Positions 19,409-28,670 of a stretch of DNA of 64,000 nucleotides are shown piece after piece. The stretch is from IMG/VR virus record IMGVR_UViG_3300046559_001153, positions 62,001 through 126,000 of that record. One strand, 5' to 3'. Under the pieces are notes generated by a model. That model did not search any database. It was not told where the DNA came from and saw only the letters and a list, made by a program, of their open reading frames with translations. Position numbers and translations under genes: made by a program. Within the stretch, counting starts at the first letter, position 1. Each line of letters begins with the position of its first letter.

Positions 19409-19973
19409 AGGCGAGCGGATCAGGACAAAGACTCCGGTCCCTGTCACCTATCGTCGCTTGTTGAAGCAATTGAGCGAAGACACCGTGGAATCGCTCAGTG
19501 AGCTGGCAGCCCCTCCGCCGTCCGACTATTGGGCTAATGCCTGTTGGAATTTGGTTGTCTGTCGTGATGGAGATTATGCGACTATTCACGAGTTCGGCAC
19601 CGAAGACGAGGTGGCGGCCGAGATTCGCAAGTACGACGGAACCGACACCATCGTGTTTGTCGTGCATGGCCGACAGGCCAAGATCTCGAGGAAGCCTCAG
19701 CGATTTCTGATTCTGCCTGACTGCGAGCAGGTCTTGCCCATCTTCGACGTGAGCGCTTTGGGACTGCCCGCCAGGTACACACCGCAGGGCCTGGACCTGG
19801 CTGTGCAGGAGAATGGTTTCTTGGGCAGGGCCGAGTACACGTTGCCGATTCCTAAGGGTCAGTTCAAATTGGAATCAAAGCATCCGACAGTGGTTCCCGA
19901 CACGCCGCCGCGTCACGAGGATCTGGCGACTGATGACGAGGAAGAAGATGAGGATTTTGATGAGTACGCGTGA
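19224..19973 (+). CDS. Hypothetical protein with Pro-rich N-terminus and acidic C-terminus
   Basis: Long ORF ending DDEEEDEDFDEYA; start (GTG 19224) uncertain. Confidence 0.65.
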   Translation: MDENQEKPEQTSPPDLSTGPDPVQLTPAPDPSTQETLSPPAPKSTWNEFLSHCSPAAKSALKGERIRTKTPVPVTYRRLLKQLSEDTVESLSELAAPPPSDYWANACWNLVVCRDGDYATIHEFGTEDEVAAEIRKYDGTDTIVFVVHGRQAKISRKPQRFLILPDCEQVLPIFDVSALGLPARYTPQGLDLAVQENGFLGRAEYTLPIPKGQFKLESKHPTVVPDTPPRHEDLATDDEEEDEDFDEYA

Positions 19974-20059
19974 GCTTAATTTTTGACTGAAATCAGGCAT
20001 ATAACTTGAAGCCGTTCGGTTTTAGACCTGGCCAGCGATCGTGTTGGCTTCGGCTTTAG

Positions 20060-20097
20060 ACCTCGCCCGCAATCCTGTCGGCGAGGTATTTTTTATT
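20060..20097 (+). terminator. Rho-independent terminator directly upstream of a small gene (possible attenuator)
   Basis: Stem acctcgcc/ggcgaggt followed by attttttatt. Confidence 0.7.
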
Positions 20098-20108
20098 CAA
20101 GGAGCGAG

Positions 20109-20312
20109 TTGCCCAAGTTAAGGATCTTTACGGGCGGAAGGATGGAAGGAAGACTCATTCTTGGCACGAAGACGAAAAACGTGCCCGACGGCTACATCAA
20201 AGTCTGGATTGCCGACGCGGTAAATGCTGACGGTTCGTACGTCAACAAACGCGTTGTGGTAGTCTCGTCTCACGAGTACAGAGGACTCGTGGCGCCGTTC
20301 CTCGCGAGGTAG
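20109..20312 (+). CDS. Small hypothetical protein
   Basis: AAGGAG SD then TTG start. Confidence 0.6.
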   Translation: MPKLRIFTGGRMEGRLILGTKTKNVPDGYIKVWIADAVNADGSYVNKRVVVVSSHEYRGLVAPFLAR

Positions 20313-20337
20313 TTTATGTACCAGCGAGTAGATTGCC

Positions 20338-20464
20338 TAGCTTCGAAACAGTACCCCGTGTCGTGGATTATGCACAAGCGGGGATGAACTGTCGTAGCTG
20401 TCCGCAAGCAGCTTAACTTGCGGTAACGCCAATATGGCGTGCCTCGTCGGGCTCAACGAAAGGC
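20338..20464 (+). ncRNA. Candidate structured RNA leader (four consecutive hairpins, last one pairs the SD)
   Basis: Stems acagt/actgt, ccccg/cgggg, ccgcaag/cttgcgg, acgcca/tggcgt, gcct/aggc; no family recognised. Confidence 0.4.
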
Positions 20465-20473
20465 GATGTCACC

Positions 20474-22324
20474 ATGAAGGTCCGCGAAAAAGGAGTGAGG
20501 CGCGGGGGACGAAAAGGGAATCTGTTCGGCCAGACCGTCGAAGATATCGATAGTCTGGATCGGCTTAATGAAGAGTGGCGAACGGAGGACCGTTGTTTCA
20601 ATGCAGTGGGAGAGATGATCGCGTCTAACGACCCGGAGCGACACCACTGGAGCGGTGTCGGGATGGCCGTCGTTTTTGATCCGGCATTTCCGTTTATTCG
20701 TGCGATGGTTAAGACCGAGTCAGGCTATCAACGGCAGCCGATGGTGCACTCGGTGCTGGCTATTCCGGCCGGACGCGATGTGGCGTATTTCGGGCACAAT
20801 AAACGAGCTACTGTTCTGGCCAGGCGTCATTATTTGACTGTTTTCGACGGTCGTATTTGTTTGCAGAGCATCCTCGGACTAACACCAGAGGGGACGTACA
20901 ACACGTCCGACGAGGCGTTCTGGGATTTATCGAAGCCACCGACATCGATCCCCAGAAACGCAGTCATGGTGAAGGAGCGAGCTGCCTATGTTTCAGCGCC
21001 GTTCAGCGGGCATTACGCCGTTGTCCTTCGCGAGGATTTAGGCAAGTTCTTTGCGACGATCAAGGATCCCCACACCGGCCTGACCTGTGTGGTGGCTGAA
21101 ATTCCCTATGATCTACTCGACAAAGCTTTGACGGAGTCGGAACCTCACAATGATGGGGCTCCAGTCGCTGTTGGCGACAAGCTGATTGAGTTCGAAGGCG
21201 TGCAGACGTTTATGCAACTGCGCGATTCCACGTCACGTGTAACCCTGGAGAGCTATCTGTCGCGTCGTCCGATGATGCCACGCGACGTGTTAAATCCTGA
21301 AAAGCACAGTTTCGATCTTCGTATTTACACGACGTTGATGAATCGGCTGACCAGTGGATTGGTTGATCGTCTCAATCTTTTCAACAGTTTGCCGCGACGC
21401 TCAGAGGGTAGGCCGCAAGGGCGTCGTTTTGTGATGTGGCAAGACGAATACTTGTCGAGCCCAAACGCCCATCCCGGAGACTGGCTCCCCGAGGCGTACG
21501 TGTTTCACGAACGAGGGGCAGATCAAAGTGACGATGATTACTTTGTTTCTATCCTCAAAAAAATGAACCTCAGTTTCAAGGAAGAGCTCGAGCGACAGGT
21601 TCATGACTATTTCGGGGTTCCCGCACCGGTTGATGGCGAGATCCTCTCTGTGACACTGCGTCAGCCCGACGTGTTTGGCAAACAGGGCTATGACGTGGTG
21701 TTCGTGGGATGCGATGGTCACCGTCGCATTTATACGCTGCCGTGGACAGCCTCATTCCCGGTTCGTGGACTGGAGAGAGGTCCCAAGCTCGGTCCGATCA
21801 AGGCGAGAGAATTGATGGCTTACGCTTTGACGTTCGGTAGCACACGCATTCAGACGATGCGAAATGAGGAGCACCTGCTGCCGCTGTGCGACGGAAATAA
21901 AGACCTGGCTACCACCTTGTTATACCGGCTCGGTTTGTTGCTCGTGCAATGTCGATGCGAGCCGGCGTTCTGCGAGGAGATCTCTGGCGGAAAACCGGGT
22001 TTGATGCTTTCGGCGCGGTACCTTGAGTCGAAGGCGGGGCATCTGCCGAATGAACAATTCATTTGGTGGGACATGCGGCCGTTGCTGCCTTACTACCGAG
22101 GTGACCTGGGATGTGCCATCCTTCCCTGGATTAAACTGGGGTCAGTCGGCCATGTTTGGCGGACCATGGCCTTTACCTGCAACATGTGTAGATTGAACTT
22201 TATTCCCCATATTGGGAATAAAGTTGACGAGGATTTGATCGGTTTTCCGTTCGACCTGATTAAAGCCGGCCATTGCCGTCCACGATCAGGTGCACCAGTT
22301 TACGCAGTTGCGAAAGCAAGCTGA
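20474..22324 (+). CDS. Large hypothetical protein (616 aa)
   Basis: Long clean ORF with GAAAGG SD; no family recognised. Confidence 0.75.
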   Translation: MKVREKGVRRGGRKGNLFGQTVEDIDSLDRLNEEWRTEDRCFNAVGEMIASNDPERHHWSGVGMAVVFDPAFPFIRAMVKTESGYQRQPMVHSVLAIPAGRDVAYFGHNKRATVLARRHYLTVFDGRICLQSILGLTPEGTYNTSDEAFWDLSKPPTSIPRNAVMVKERAAYVSAPFSGHYAVVLREDLGKFFATIKDPHTGLTCVVAEIPYDLLDKALTESEPHNDGAPVAVGDKLIEFEGVQTFMQLRDSTSRVTLESYLSRRPMMPRDVLNPEKHSFDLRIYTTLMNRLTSGLVDRLNLFNSLPRRSEGRPQGRRFVMWQDEYLSSPNAHPGDWLPEAYVFHERGADQSDDDYFVSILKKMNLSFKEELERQVHDYFGVPAPVDGEILSVTLRQPDVFGKQGYDVVFVGCDGHRRIYTLPWTASFPVRGLERGPKLGPIKARELMAYALTFGSTRIQTMRNEEHLLPLCDGNKDLATTLLYRLGLLLVQCRCEPAFCEEISGGKPGLMLSARYLESKAGHLPNEQFIWWDMRPLLPYYRGDLGCAILPWIKLGSVGHVWRTMAFTCNMCRLNFIPHIGNKVDEDLIGFPFDLIKAGHCRPRSGAPVYAVAKAS

Positions 22325-22371
22325 CGACGCCCTTATGGGCGTAAGGCGAGACCCAAATTGAATGATCGATC

Positions 22372-22410
22372 ACGGTGGCGGCCAGGTGATCTGGCCGCCG
22401 CCGTTTCTTA
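22372..22410 (+). terminator. Strong hairpin/terminator
   Basis: 14-bp stem acggtggcggccag/ctggccgccgccgt then ttctta. Confidence 0.6.
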
Positions 22411-22492
22411 CGTTTTAGCCATTGGACAGGTACTGCCGTCTTCCATTCTTCTCTGGATTGCCGTATGCTGAGACCAAAGGAGACTACGAATT

Positions 22493-23662
22493 ATGCTCGA
22501 TGACAGTGCGGCATTACAGATGCTCGGTGGCGGCCCGGTCATGCAAACCCGCAAGGGCCTGCACGGCGTGAGTGTTCTGTCACCCGACCCGGATAAGCAC
22601 GTTCGCGTGGGTGGCGCCAGTGACATGGGCTTCATGGTCCCGATGGCCGATCTGATGACGGGCAGTCCGCCCGGTTTTGATCAGAGCAAGGCCGGCATGG
22701 TGGTGATTAACCCCGACGAATCAGGCAAAGGGACGTTGATCGATTTCAGCAAGTTGACCCCGGATGACGTGAATAGGGCTATGCGGATGGGATCCGATCC
22801 ATCAGATGCGATGGAGAAATTGGCCAAGCTGCATCCCCCACGATCCGCAGCGGTTGTCCAGCCCAGGCAGGTCCCCGTCGAACGTGTTATTTTGAATCAG
22901 TTGCCCCGGGTAGTCCAACATCCCCAAGCCATGCTTCCGCCGGCCAATCCGCCCTCGATCAATCCACCGCGGGTGATCTTGCCGGGTTTTGCCACTGTCG
23001 GGCAACCCCAACATATTCCCCAGGAACAGCCCATGCAAGCTCAGCCTCCGATGATGATGATGGCTCCCCCTGCGTCTCAGACTTGGACGTCGCCGGCTCC
23101 GTCTGTGGCCCAACCCGCGTTGCCCAATCCCAATGCCCCGATGTACCCGGCACAGCAGCCCGACGCCTTGTCGGTGATCATGCAGACTTTGATGGGAATG
23201 CAGCAACAAATCGACTCGCTGCGTCCTCAGCAGGTTCAGCCGTTTGTGCAGGAAGCTCGTCAGCCTGATTACACTCCCCTGGAGACTGAGGCCATTGCCG
23301 ACCTGAGTGCGCTGGAAATCCCCTGGTTGACACCCGTTGTCATGCCGCCAACCGTGGACGTCATGTTCAACCTGGGTGATGCGGGAGGCGTTCGTACCAA
23401 GTACCATCACGTCGAAATCACCGACGCATTGATCCTGTTGATCTACGATTCGCGGTTCGAAATGGCCACGCAGTATACGCCGCCGTTCACCAGAACCAGG
23501 GAAGCGGGACCCCTGATTTTGCAGATTGGCAAGTCAAAATCCCAACATCAGGCCCATCATTATCCCGGCCTCGATTTCGCTTTGGGTGTTTACCACGTAA
23601 CATTGTTGATGAAGGTGGTTCTCGAGCCCGAAGACCCGGTCGATCCGGCCAACGTCATTTAG
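22493..23662 (+). CDS. Hypothetical protein with central Pro/Gln-rich linker
   Basis: AAGGAG SD; low-complexity P/Q/A segment. Confidence 0.75.
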   Translation: MLDDSAALQMLGGGPVMQTRKGLHGVSVLSPDPDKHVRVGGASDMGFMVPMADLMTGSPPGFDQSKAGMVVINPDESGKGTLIDFSKLTPDDVNRAMRMGSDPSDAMEKLAKLHPPRSAAVVQPRQVPVERVILNQLPRVVQHPQAMLPPANPPSINPPRVILPGFATVGQPQHIPQEQPMQAQPPMMMMAPPASQTWTSPAPSVAQPALPNPNAPMYPAQQPDALSVIMQTLMGMQQQIDSLRPQQVQPFVQEARQPDYTPLETEAIADLSALEIPWLTPVVMPPTVDVMFNLGDAGGVRTKYHHVEITDALILLIYDSRFEMATQYTPPFTRTREAGPLILQIGKSKSQHQAHHYPGLDFALGVYHVTLLMKVVLEPEDPVDPANVI

Positions 23663-23670
23663 AGGCGAAC

Positions 23671-23826
23671 ATGGAAAAGCGAGCAGTAATCGAAGAGGGG
23701 CGGACGCCCCGCGAACAGGAGCTGTCGCAGCTGAAGAAGGCCAGCAACTGCGCCCCGCCAGAGCTCGAACAACATACGACGCAACGGCTGGCTGACGCGG
23801 CCGAGCGATCGTCGCAGTCCAAGTAG
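23671..23826 (+). CDS. Small hypothetical protein (51 aa)
   Basis: ATG after GAGG, fills gap MEKRAVIEEGRTP... Confidence 0.5.
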   Translation: MEKRAVIEEGRTPREQELSQLKKASNCAPPELEQHTTQRLADAAERSSQSK

Positions 23827-23849
23827 CCTAAGACCGCAAGGATGCCCTG

Positions 23850-26735
23850 ATGATTGGTTCTCCGGTGCCCAGCGGTATGGGCGGTTACGGCGATCAGTTC
23901 CCTGATCCGTTTAACGACGTCGCGTCGATGAACATGCCATTGGGCATGCGATCGGCCTTGAGGACGTGCGAACGCATCTGGCTGGCATCCGGCTCGTACC
24001 GCATGGCCCAGCAGCGCATCTGCAGTTACTTCTTGACTGACATCCAGTTCAACGACTGCAGCGACGATGACCGATCTAAGTACACGGAGTTCGTCGAGGA
24101 CTTCGGTTTGCTGGAAGCCGAACAGCAGATGTACATCGATAGGGCGTGCTTCCATGGCGACGTGAAAGCCGTGACCAAGCACGGGGTTTTCAAACTTCGA
24201 GAGCTGGCTGGAAAGACTGTTGAAGTCCTGTCGCAAGGCGGCGAGTATCGACAAGCAACTTTCCAGTCGCACGGTCACCAGGCGTTATTGGAAGTGGCGT
24301 TTAGTGATGGTCGAACGATTTTGGCCACACCGGAACATGAGTGGACAGCTTTGAATTGTTCCGGCAAAAAGGTTGTCGTCCAGACAAAAGATCTGCACCA
24401 CGGGTATCGTATTCCTCGAGTTGTCGCCCCCCGACCAGAAAAAAATGAAGATTATTTTGAGGGGGTACGTCACGGTTTTGTTTTTGGTGATGGAACAGCC
24501 TACAACGATGAACGGCAGTCGGCCGCCATTTTTTATACGGCGAAAGACGACGAATTGATTCCCTATTTTGATGGCCACGGTGGGGAATTGAAACCGCGGC
24601 CATCTCGACCTGAACAGCGATATTTGCACGGTTTGCCCGGTCATTACAAGCAGCTGCCGTCTAACGATAAAAGCCCCAGCTACTGGTATGGTTTTGTTTG
24701 CGGATTTTTGGCCGCAGACGGCACTGTGGATACGTATGGTTGCGCCCTGTTGACGCAGATAGCCAAAGCGACTTTGGACGTAATTGTCGACCAGCTGCCC
24801 CGCATCGGGATGTGTGCTGGGCCAATTCGTGCTCAACGTCGAATTACCGACTTGAGAAAATACAGCGGCGAAAATGCCGTTTATGACAGCACAATTCACT
24901 TTGTCACGCTGTTGAAACGATTCATGCTGCCCCAGGATTTTCTGGTGACTAAGCACCGGATAAATTTCGAGGCGAATTTCAATTCGAAGTCGAATTATGG
25001 CAAGTACGTGCATATTAAGGCCATTCGTGAAACGGGTATCGTTGACGAGGTCTTTTGTTGTGCCGAAATGGAGACGCACACATTTGTCGTCGATCAGGCC
25101 ATTCTTACGAAGAATTGCTACGGAAATGCATTCGCTACGATCATGGTCCCGTTCAAGCGGATGCTGATGTGCCCGACAGCCAGTCGTGGATGTGGCAACC
25201 AGTACCCGTTGAAGGTCGTTTACAACGTCCCCAAATTCGCATTCAAATGGTCGCCATCGACCTGCGAATTTATCGCGACCTGCCCGCACTGCCAGTACCA
25301 CGGGCCATTCAAGGTCATCGATAATCCTGAGGACATGGAGAAACGCATCCGTGTAAAGACCTGGAATCCGCACGAGATCGAAATCCTGCACGACATGATG
25401 ACGGGCGATTGCGCCTACACATGGCGTATCCCCGAAGACTACAAGACTCAGATCCGTCGAGGAAACCTGTTCCATTTGGAACGTGTCTCCATGCCGGTTC
25501 TGCAGGCCATCAAAAAGAACCTGGTCTTTCGATTTCACGAGGATGTGCTCTTCCATATGAGGGAAGAGACGCCCAGCGGTATCCGTAACAGGGGCTGGGG
25601 AATTCCGCGGGCCCTGACGAACTTCCGTCAGGTGTACTACGTACAGGTGCTCAAACGGTACAACGAGGCCCTGGCCCTGGATTACATCATCCCCTTCCGG
25701 GTGATCACGCCGGTTGCCCGCCCGGGAGCGCTAGGCCCTGGCGCCCGAGCGTTGGATCCAATGGCCACAATGGACATGGGCGATTTCAGCTCCCAGGTCC
25801 GCAACATGATCCGCCGTCGACGACTCGACCCGGCCATGTGGTGCACGTTGCCATTCCCGATCCAGTATCAGGCCTTAGGCGGCGACGCGAGTCAGCTGGC
25901 GCCGAGCCAGTTGCTCGACCAAGGGCTCCAGCAGCTCCTGAATGACTCAGGGACGCCTCTCGAGCTGTACAACGGCTCTTTGACCGTCCAGACGGCCCCG
26001 GTGGCCCTGCGGCTGTTTGAGGCGACTAATACGCCCCTTGTACGGGCCGGCAATCAGTTCCTCAACTGGGCCATCAAGAAGGCCGCCCAGATCTTGCAGT
26101 GGGAACCTGTGAAGACCGCGAACAAGCGGGTCACCTACGCCGACGACGCATTGCGACAACAGTTGATCCTGCAGCTCATGACCGGGCAACAGGTCTCTCA
26201 GACGACCGGGCTCAGCGGTCTGGGTCTTGTCTTTACCGACGAGCAGAAGCGTCTGGCCGAAGAGGCCCGCGAGCAGGCCGATATCCGTACAAAGGTGCAA
26301 GACGAGATGGACGAAGCCGGTTTGTCCAAGGCCATGGTGCAGGGACCACAGGCTGGCGGGCAGCCTGGGGCGGCCGGTGGAGCAGCTCCTCCGGGTGGTG
26401 CGGCCCCTCCGGGCGGTGCTGGCGGTGCCAGTGCGTCTGGGCCTTCCCCGATCCCCGGGCAGTCAGACGCCATGCAGCCGGCAACAGCCTACTTGCAATC
26501 CAGGCCACCCGGCGGTCAGATCGACCTGCAAAGCTTCCAGCAGTCGGCCGATCAACTTGTTTCGGCCCTGGCGTCGCTACCTCACGAACAGCGGCAAAAG
26601 CAATTGCGAGAGCTGCGTGAGGGCGATCCGTCGATGCACCAGCTCGTCAGTGGTGGATTACAAAAAGCCAGACGTCAACAGAGCAGTCAGGGACAACAGG
26701 ATTCATCTCAGCAACCACCTCCCCAGGGGCAATGA
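23850..26735 (+). CDS. Probable portal protein, intein-containing precursor (about 638 aa after splicing)
   Basis: Spliced junction IDRA-CYGNAF matches portal 'GNAF/Y' motif; LFHMREE...RGWGIPRAL matches portal 'H.R...G.SP/GIP' motif; Cys insert and G/P/Q-rich tail. Confidence 0.65.
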   Translation: MIGSPVPSGMGGYGDQFPDPFNDVASMNMPLGMRSALRTCERIWLASGSYRMAQQRICSYFLTDIQFNDCSDDDRSKYTEFVEDFGLLEAEQQMYIDRACFHGDVKAVTKHGVFKLRELAGKTVEVLSQGGEYRQATFQSHGHQALLEVAFSDGRTILATPEHEWTALNCSGKKVVVQTKDLHHGYRIPRVVAPRPEKNEDYFEGVRHGFVFGDGTAYNDERQSAAIFYTAKDDELIPYFDGHGGELKPRPSRPEQRYLHGLPGHYKQLPSNDKSPSYWYGFVCGFLAADGTVDTYGCALLTQIAKATLDVIVDQLPRIGMCAGPIRAQRRITDLRKYSGENAVYDSTIHFVTLLKRFMLPQDFLVTKHRINFEANFNSKSNYGKYVHIKAIRETGIVDEVFCCAEMETHTFVVDQAILTKNCYGNAFATIMVPFKRMLMCPTASRGCGNQYPLKVVYNVPKFAFKWSPSTCEFIATCPHCQYHGPFKVIDNPEDMEKRIRVKTWNPHEIEILHDMMTGDCAYTWRIPEDYKTQIRRGNLFHLERVSMPVLQAIKKNLVFRFHEDVLFHMREETPSGIRNRGWGIPRALTNFRQVYYVQVLKRYNEALALDYIIPFRVITPVARPGALGPGARALDPMATMDMGDFSSQVRNMIRRRRLDPAMWCTLPFPIQYQALGGDASQLAPSQLLDQGLQQLLNDSGTPLELYNGSLTVQTAPVALRLFEATNTPLVRAGNQFLNWAIKKAAQILQWEPVKTANKRVTYADDALRQQLILQLMTGQQVSQTTGLSGLGLVFTDEQKRLAEEAREQADIRTKVQDEMDEAGLSKAMVQGPQAGGQPGAAGGAAPPGGAAPPGGAGGASASGPSPIPGQSDAMQPATAYLQSRPPGGQIDLQSFQQSADQLVSALASLPHEQRQKQLRELREGDPSMHQLVSGGLQKARRQQSSQGQQDSSQQPPPQGQ
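24147..25115 (+). mobile_element. Class 1 intein with LAGLIDADG homing endonuclease (323 aa)
   Basis: N-term CFHGD, block B ATPEH, LAGLIDADG helices HGFVFGDGT and CGFLAADGT, C-term THTFVVDQAILTKN followed by +1 Cys. Confidence 0.92.
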
Positions 26736-27487
26736 TGCCGAAAGTATTTCTGGTCGTACCATCATACGGCCACTACGACTACGTTTACGAAACTGTCCGG
26801 AGCGCATTCGAATGCACCCCGGACATTTCTGTTTGTATATTTGATGATGCGACGCCACCGGAGTTAGCACCCAGTCCTGAGTTTTGGGACAACTGGAATC
26901 AATTCGACCATACTCGAACAGGGTTTGTTACCTTTGACAAAAATGGCGGCCTTACGAGGTCTTGGAACGCCGGCTTACAGTTGGCAAGACAGGGCAAATT
27001 CGATTACGCGATCTGCGGCAATAGCGATCTGATCTTCTCACCCGGATGGTGGGAACCGATTCAGAAAGCGCTGGACGATGGCTGGGCCTTAGCTGGTCCT
27101 GTATCGAACGCCGCGGGAACTACCATCGGCTGTAGACAGGGCATTCTCAACTACCTGCCCGACTACAAAGTGTCAGATCAGACAAAAGACATTGAAGAGA
27201 CATCCGCTAGATTGAAAGCCAAAGGCGACCCGATCAATTCTCCGCTCAACGGATTTTGCCTGTGCGCCAAGACGGCTACCTGGTGGGACAATGCGTTTGA
27301 CGCTGATCACGTTTTCGATCCCCAGTACAAGATGACGCTCAACGAGGATCGTTTGCAGAAACGCTGGCGAGCGAAGGGTCTCAAATTCTGTGTCGTGCCC
27401 ACCAGTTTCGTTCTTCATTATCGATCGGTTACACGAGGGACCAGATATGTCCAAGGGCAGTGGTTGCGTAAAGGAGAAATATCGTGA
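26732..27487 (+). CDS. Glycosyltransferase family 2
   Basis: VVPSYG..DY..ETVRS, IFDDAT, NGGLTRSWNAG, GNSDL, GPVSN, FVLHYRS. Confidence 0.85.
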   Translation: MMPKVFLVVPSYGHYDYVYETVRSAFECTPDISVCIFDDATPPELAPSPEFWDNWNQFDHTRTGFVTFDKNGGLTRSWNAGLQLARQGKFDYAICGNSDLIFSPGWWEPIQKALDDGWALAGPVSNAAGTTIGCRQGILNYLPDYKVSDQTKDIEETSARLKAKGDPINSPLNGFCLCAKTATWWDNAFDADHVFDPQYKMTLNEDRLQKRWRAKGLKFCVVPTSFVLHYRSVTRGTRYVQGQWLRKGEIS

Positions 27488-27984
27488 GTGACGAGATTGA
27501 AGACAAATGTCCGCATTGTGGCGATTCATACAGCGAGATTCGTTCCTGCGATCCGTTAGCCGTATTTGAGTGTGGTTCAGAGACATGGCGTGGCACGTCA
27601 TCCAGGCAGACTGACTATTGTCGCATTCGCCAGCTCGAGCTGGCGATCAAACTTGTCTGCTCTCAGAAGGCCGACGACAAATGCTGGATGGATCTGAAGC
27701 CATTGGCCGAGATGGTCGGGGTCAAGCTCGACATGCACGTCGGTGACAAGGCGGCTATGCTTGAGAACTGCAACCGGTACGTGAACAACGTGTGCATAGC
27801 GGGCGGCCCCTGGCCCACGTATAGTGAGCTGGTATCGATGTTGTTCAAGTGCGGGCGCCACGCGCCAGATTGCCCGAGCAAGTCTTACGGCCCGGGCGAT
27901 GATCCGGATGAATCAAATTGTGACTGCGGTTGGGTCTCGATCCGCGACAAACTGTGGCCAGCAATAACTGAAAACAAGCAGTGA
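27484..27984 (+). CDS. Cys-rich hypothetical protein
   Basis: CPHC, CGS, CWMD, CDCGW; GTGA overlap. Confidence 0.6.
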   Translation: MSDEIEDKCPHCGDSYSEIRSCDPLAVFECGSETWRGTSSRQTDYCRIRQLELAIKLVCSQKADDKCWMDLKPLAEMVGVKLDMHVGDKAAMLENCNRYVNNVCIAGGPWPTYSELVSMLFKCGRHAPDCPSKSYGPGDDPDESNCDCGWVSIRDKLWPAITENKQ

Positions 27985-28658
27985 CGAGGGAGAGCATCAT
28001 GTCGCTGACCGTGTACACATGCATTCTCGGATCGATCGGCGACAAGCTCAGACCACCATCGTGCAAACTGCCTGGCATACATCTGGTCGCCTTTACTGAT
28101 CAGACAACGCCCGTCGATGGGTGGGAAATTCGTCGGCCGTTTCCGATGGCCGGATTGTCTCCGCGGCGTTTGGCTCGTTACCACAAGATCAACCCGCACA
28201 TCGTTCTGCCGCACCACGGTGACTCGATCTGGCTGGATGGGAGTTTTCAGCTGCGTGATTCGCCGATCGATTTTCTGTCGCATTTCCAAGAGGACATCGA
28301 GCTTGGTTGTTACAACCACACGGAACGCAGATGCGTTTACTCCGAATACCGCAGCTGTATCAGGCTTCGCAAAGACGACATCGGGCTGATGACCGCTCAG
28401 GTCGCCAGGTACCGCGAGGCGAAGTACCCGGAGAATGCCGGTCTGACAGAGACGGGCATCATTTACAGGAAGAACTGCCCGTCCGTGCAGTCGTTCAACA
28501 CGCTGTGGTGGGCTGAAGTAGCTAAGGGCAGCCACCGCGATCAGCTCTCGTTTGATTATTGTCTCTGGAAACAGTCGTGGGTCTGTCCATTGAAGGTTGT
28601 CCGTTTCCCTGGTTCTGTTTACTTGAATCCTTTAACCGCTTTCTACCGTCACCGTTAA
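27981..28658 (+). CDS. DUF616/TOD1-like glycosyltransferase domain protein
   Basis: VYTCI.G..D.L, AFTD, ARYHKINPH, SIWLDGS, H..R.CVY.E, ETG.I.R, RDQLSFDY. Confidence 0.8.
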   Translation: MTRESIMSLTVYTCILGSIGDKLRPPSCKLPGIHLVAFTDQTTPVDGWEIRRPFPMAGLSPRRLARYHKINPHIVLPHHGDSIWLDGSFQLRDSPIDFLSHFQEDIELGCYNHTERRCVYSEYRSCIRLRKDDIGLMTAQVARYREAKYPENAGLTETGIIYRKNCPSVQSFNTLWWAEVAKGSHRDQLSFDYCLWKQSWVCPLKVVRFPGSVYLNPLTAFYRHR

Positions 28659-28670
28659 TGAAAGGTTCTC

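Noticed and set aside
19983-20005. TTGACT...TATAAC sigma70 promoter
   Set aside because: Spacer is only 11 bp
24285-25556. 423-aa minus-strand ORF
   Set aside because: Antisense shadow of the intein/portal; no motifs
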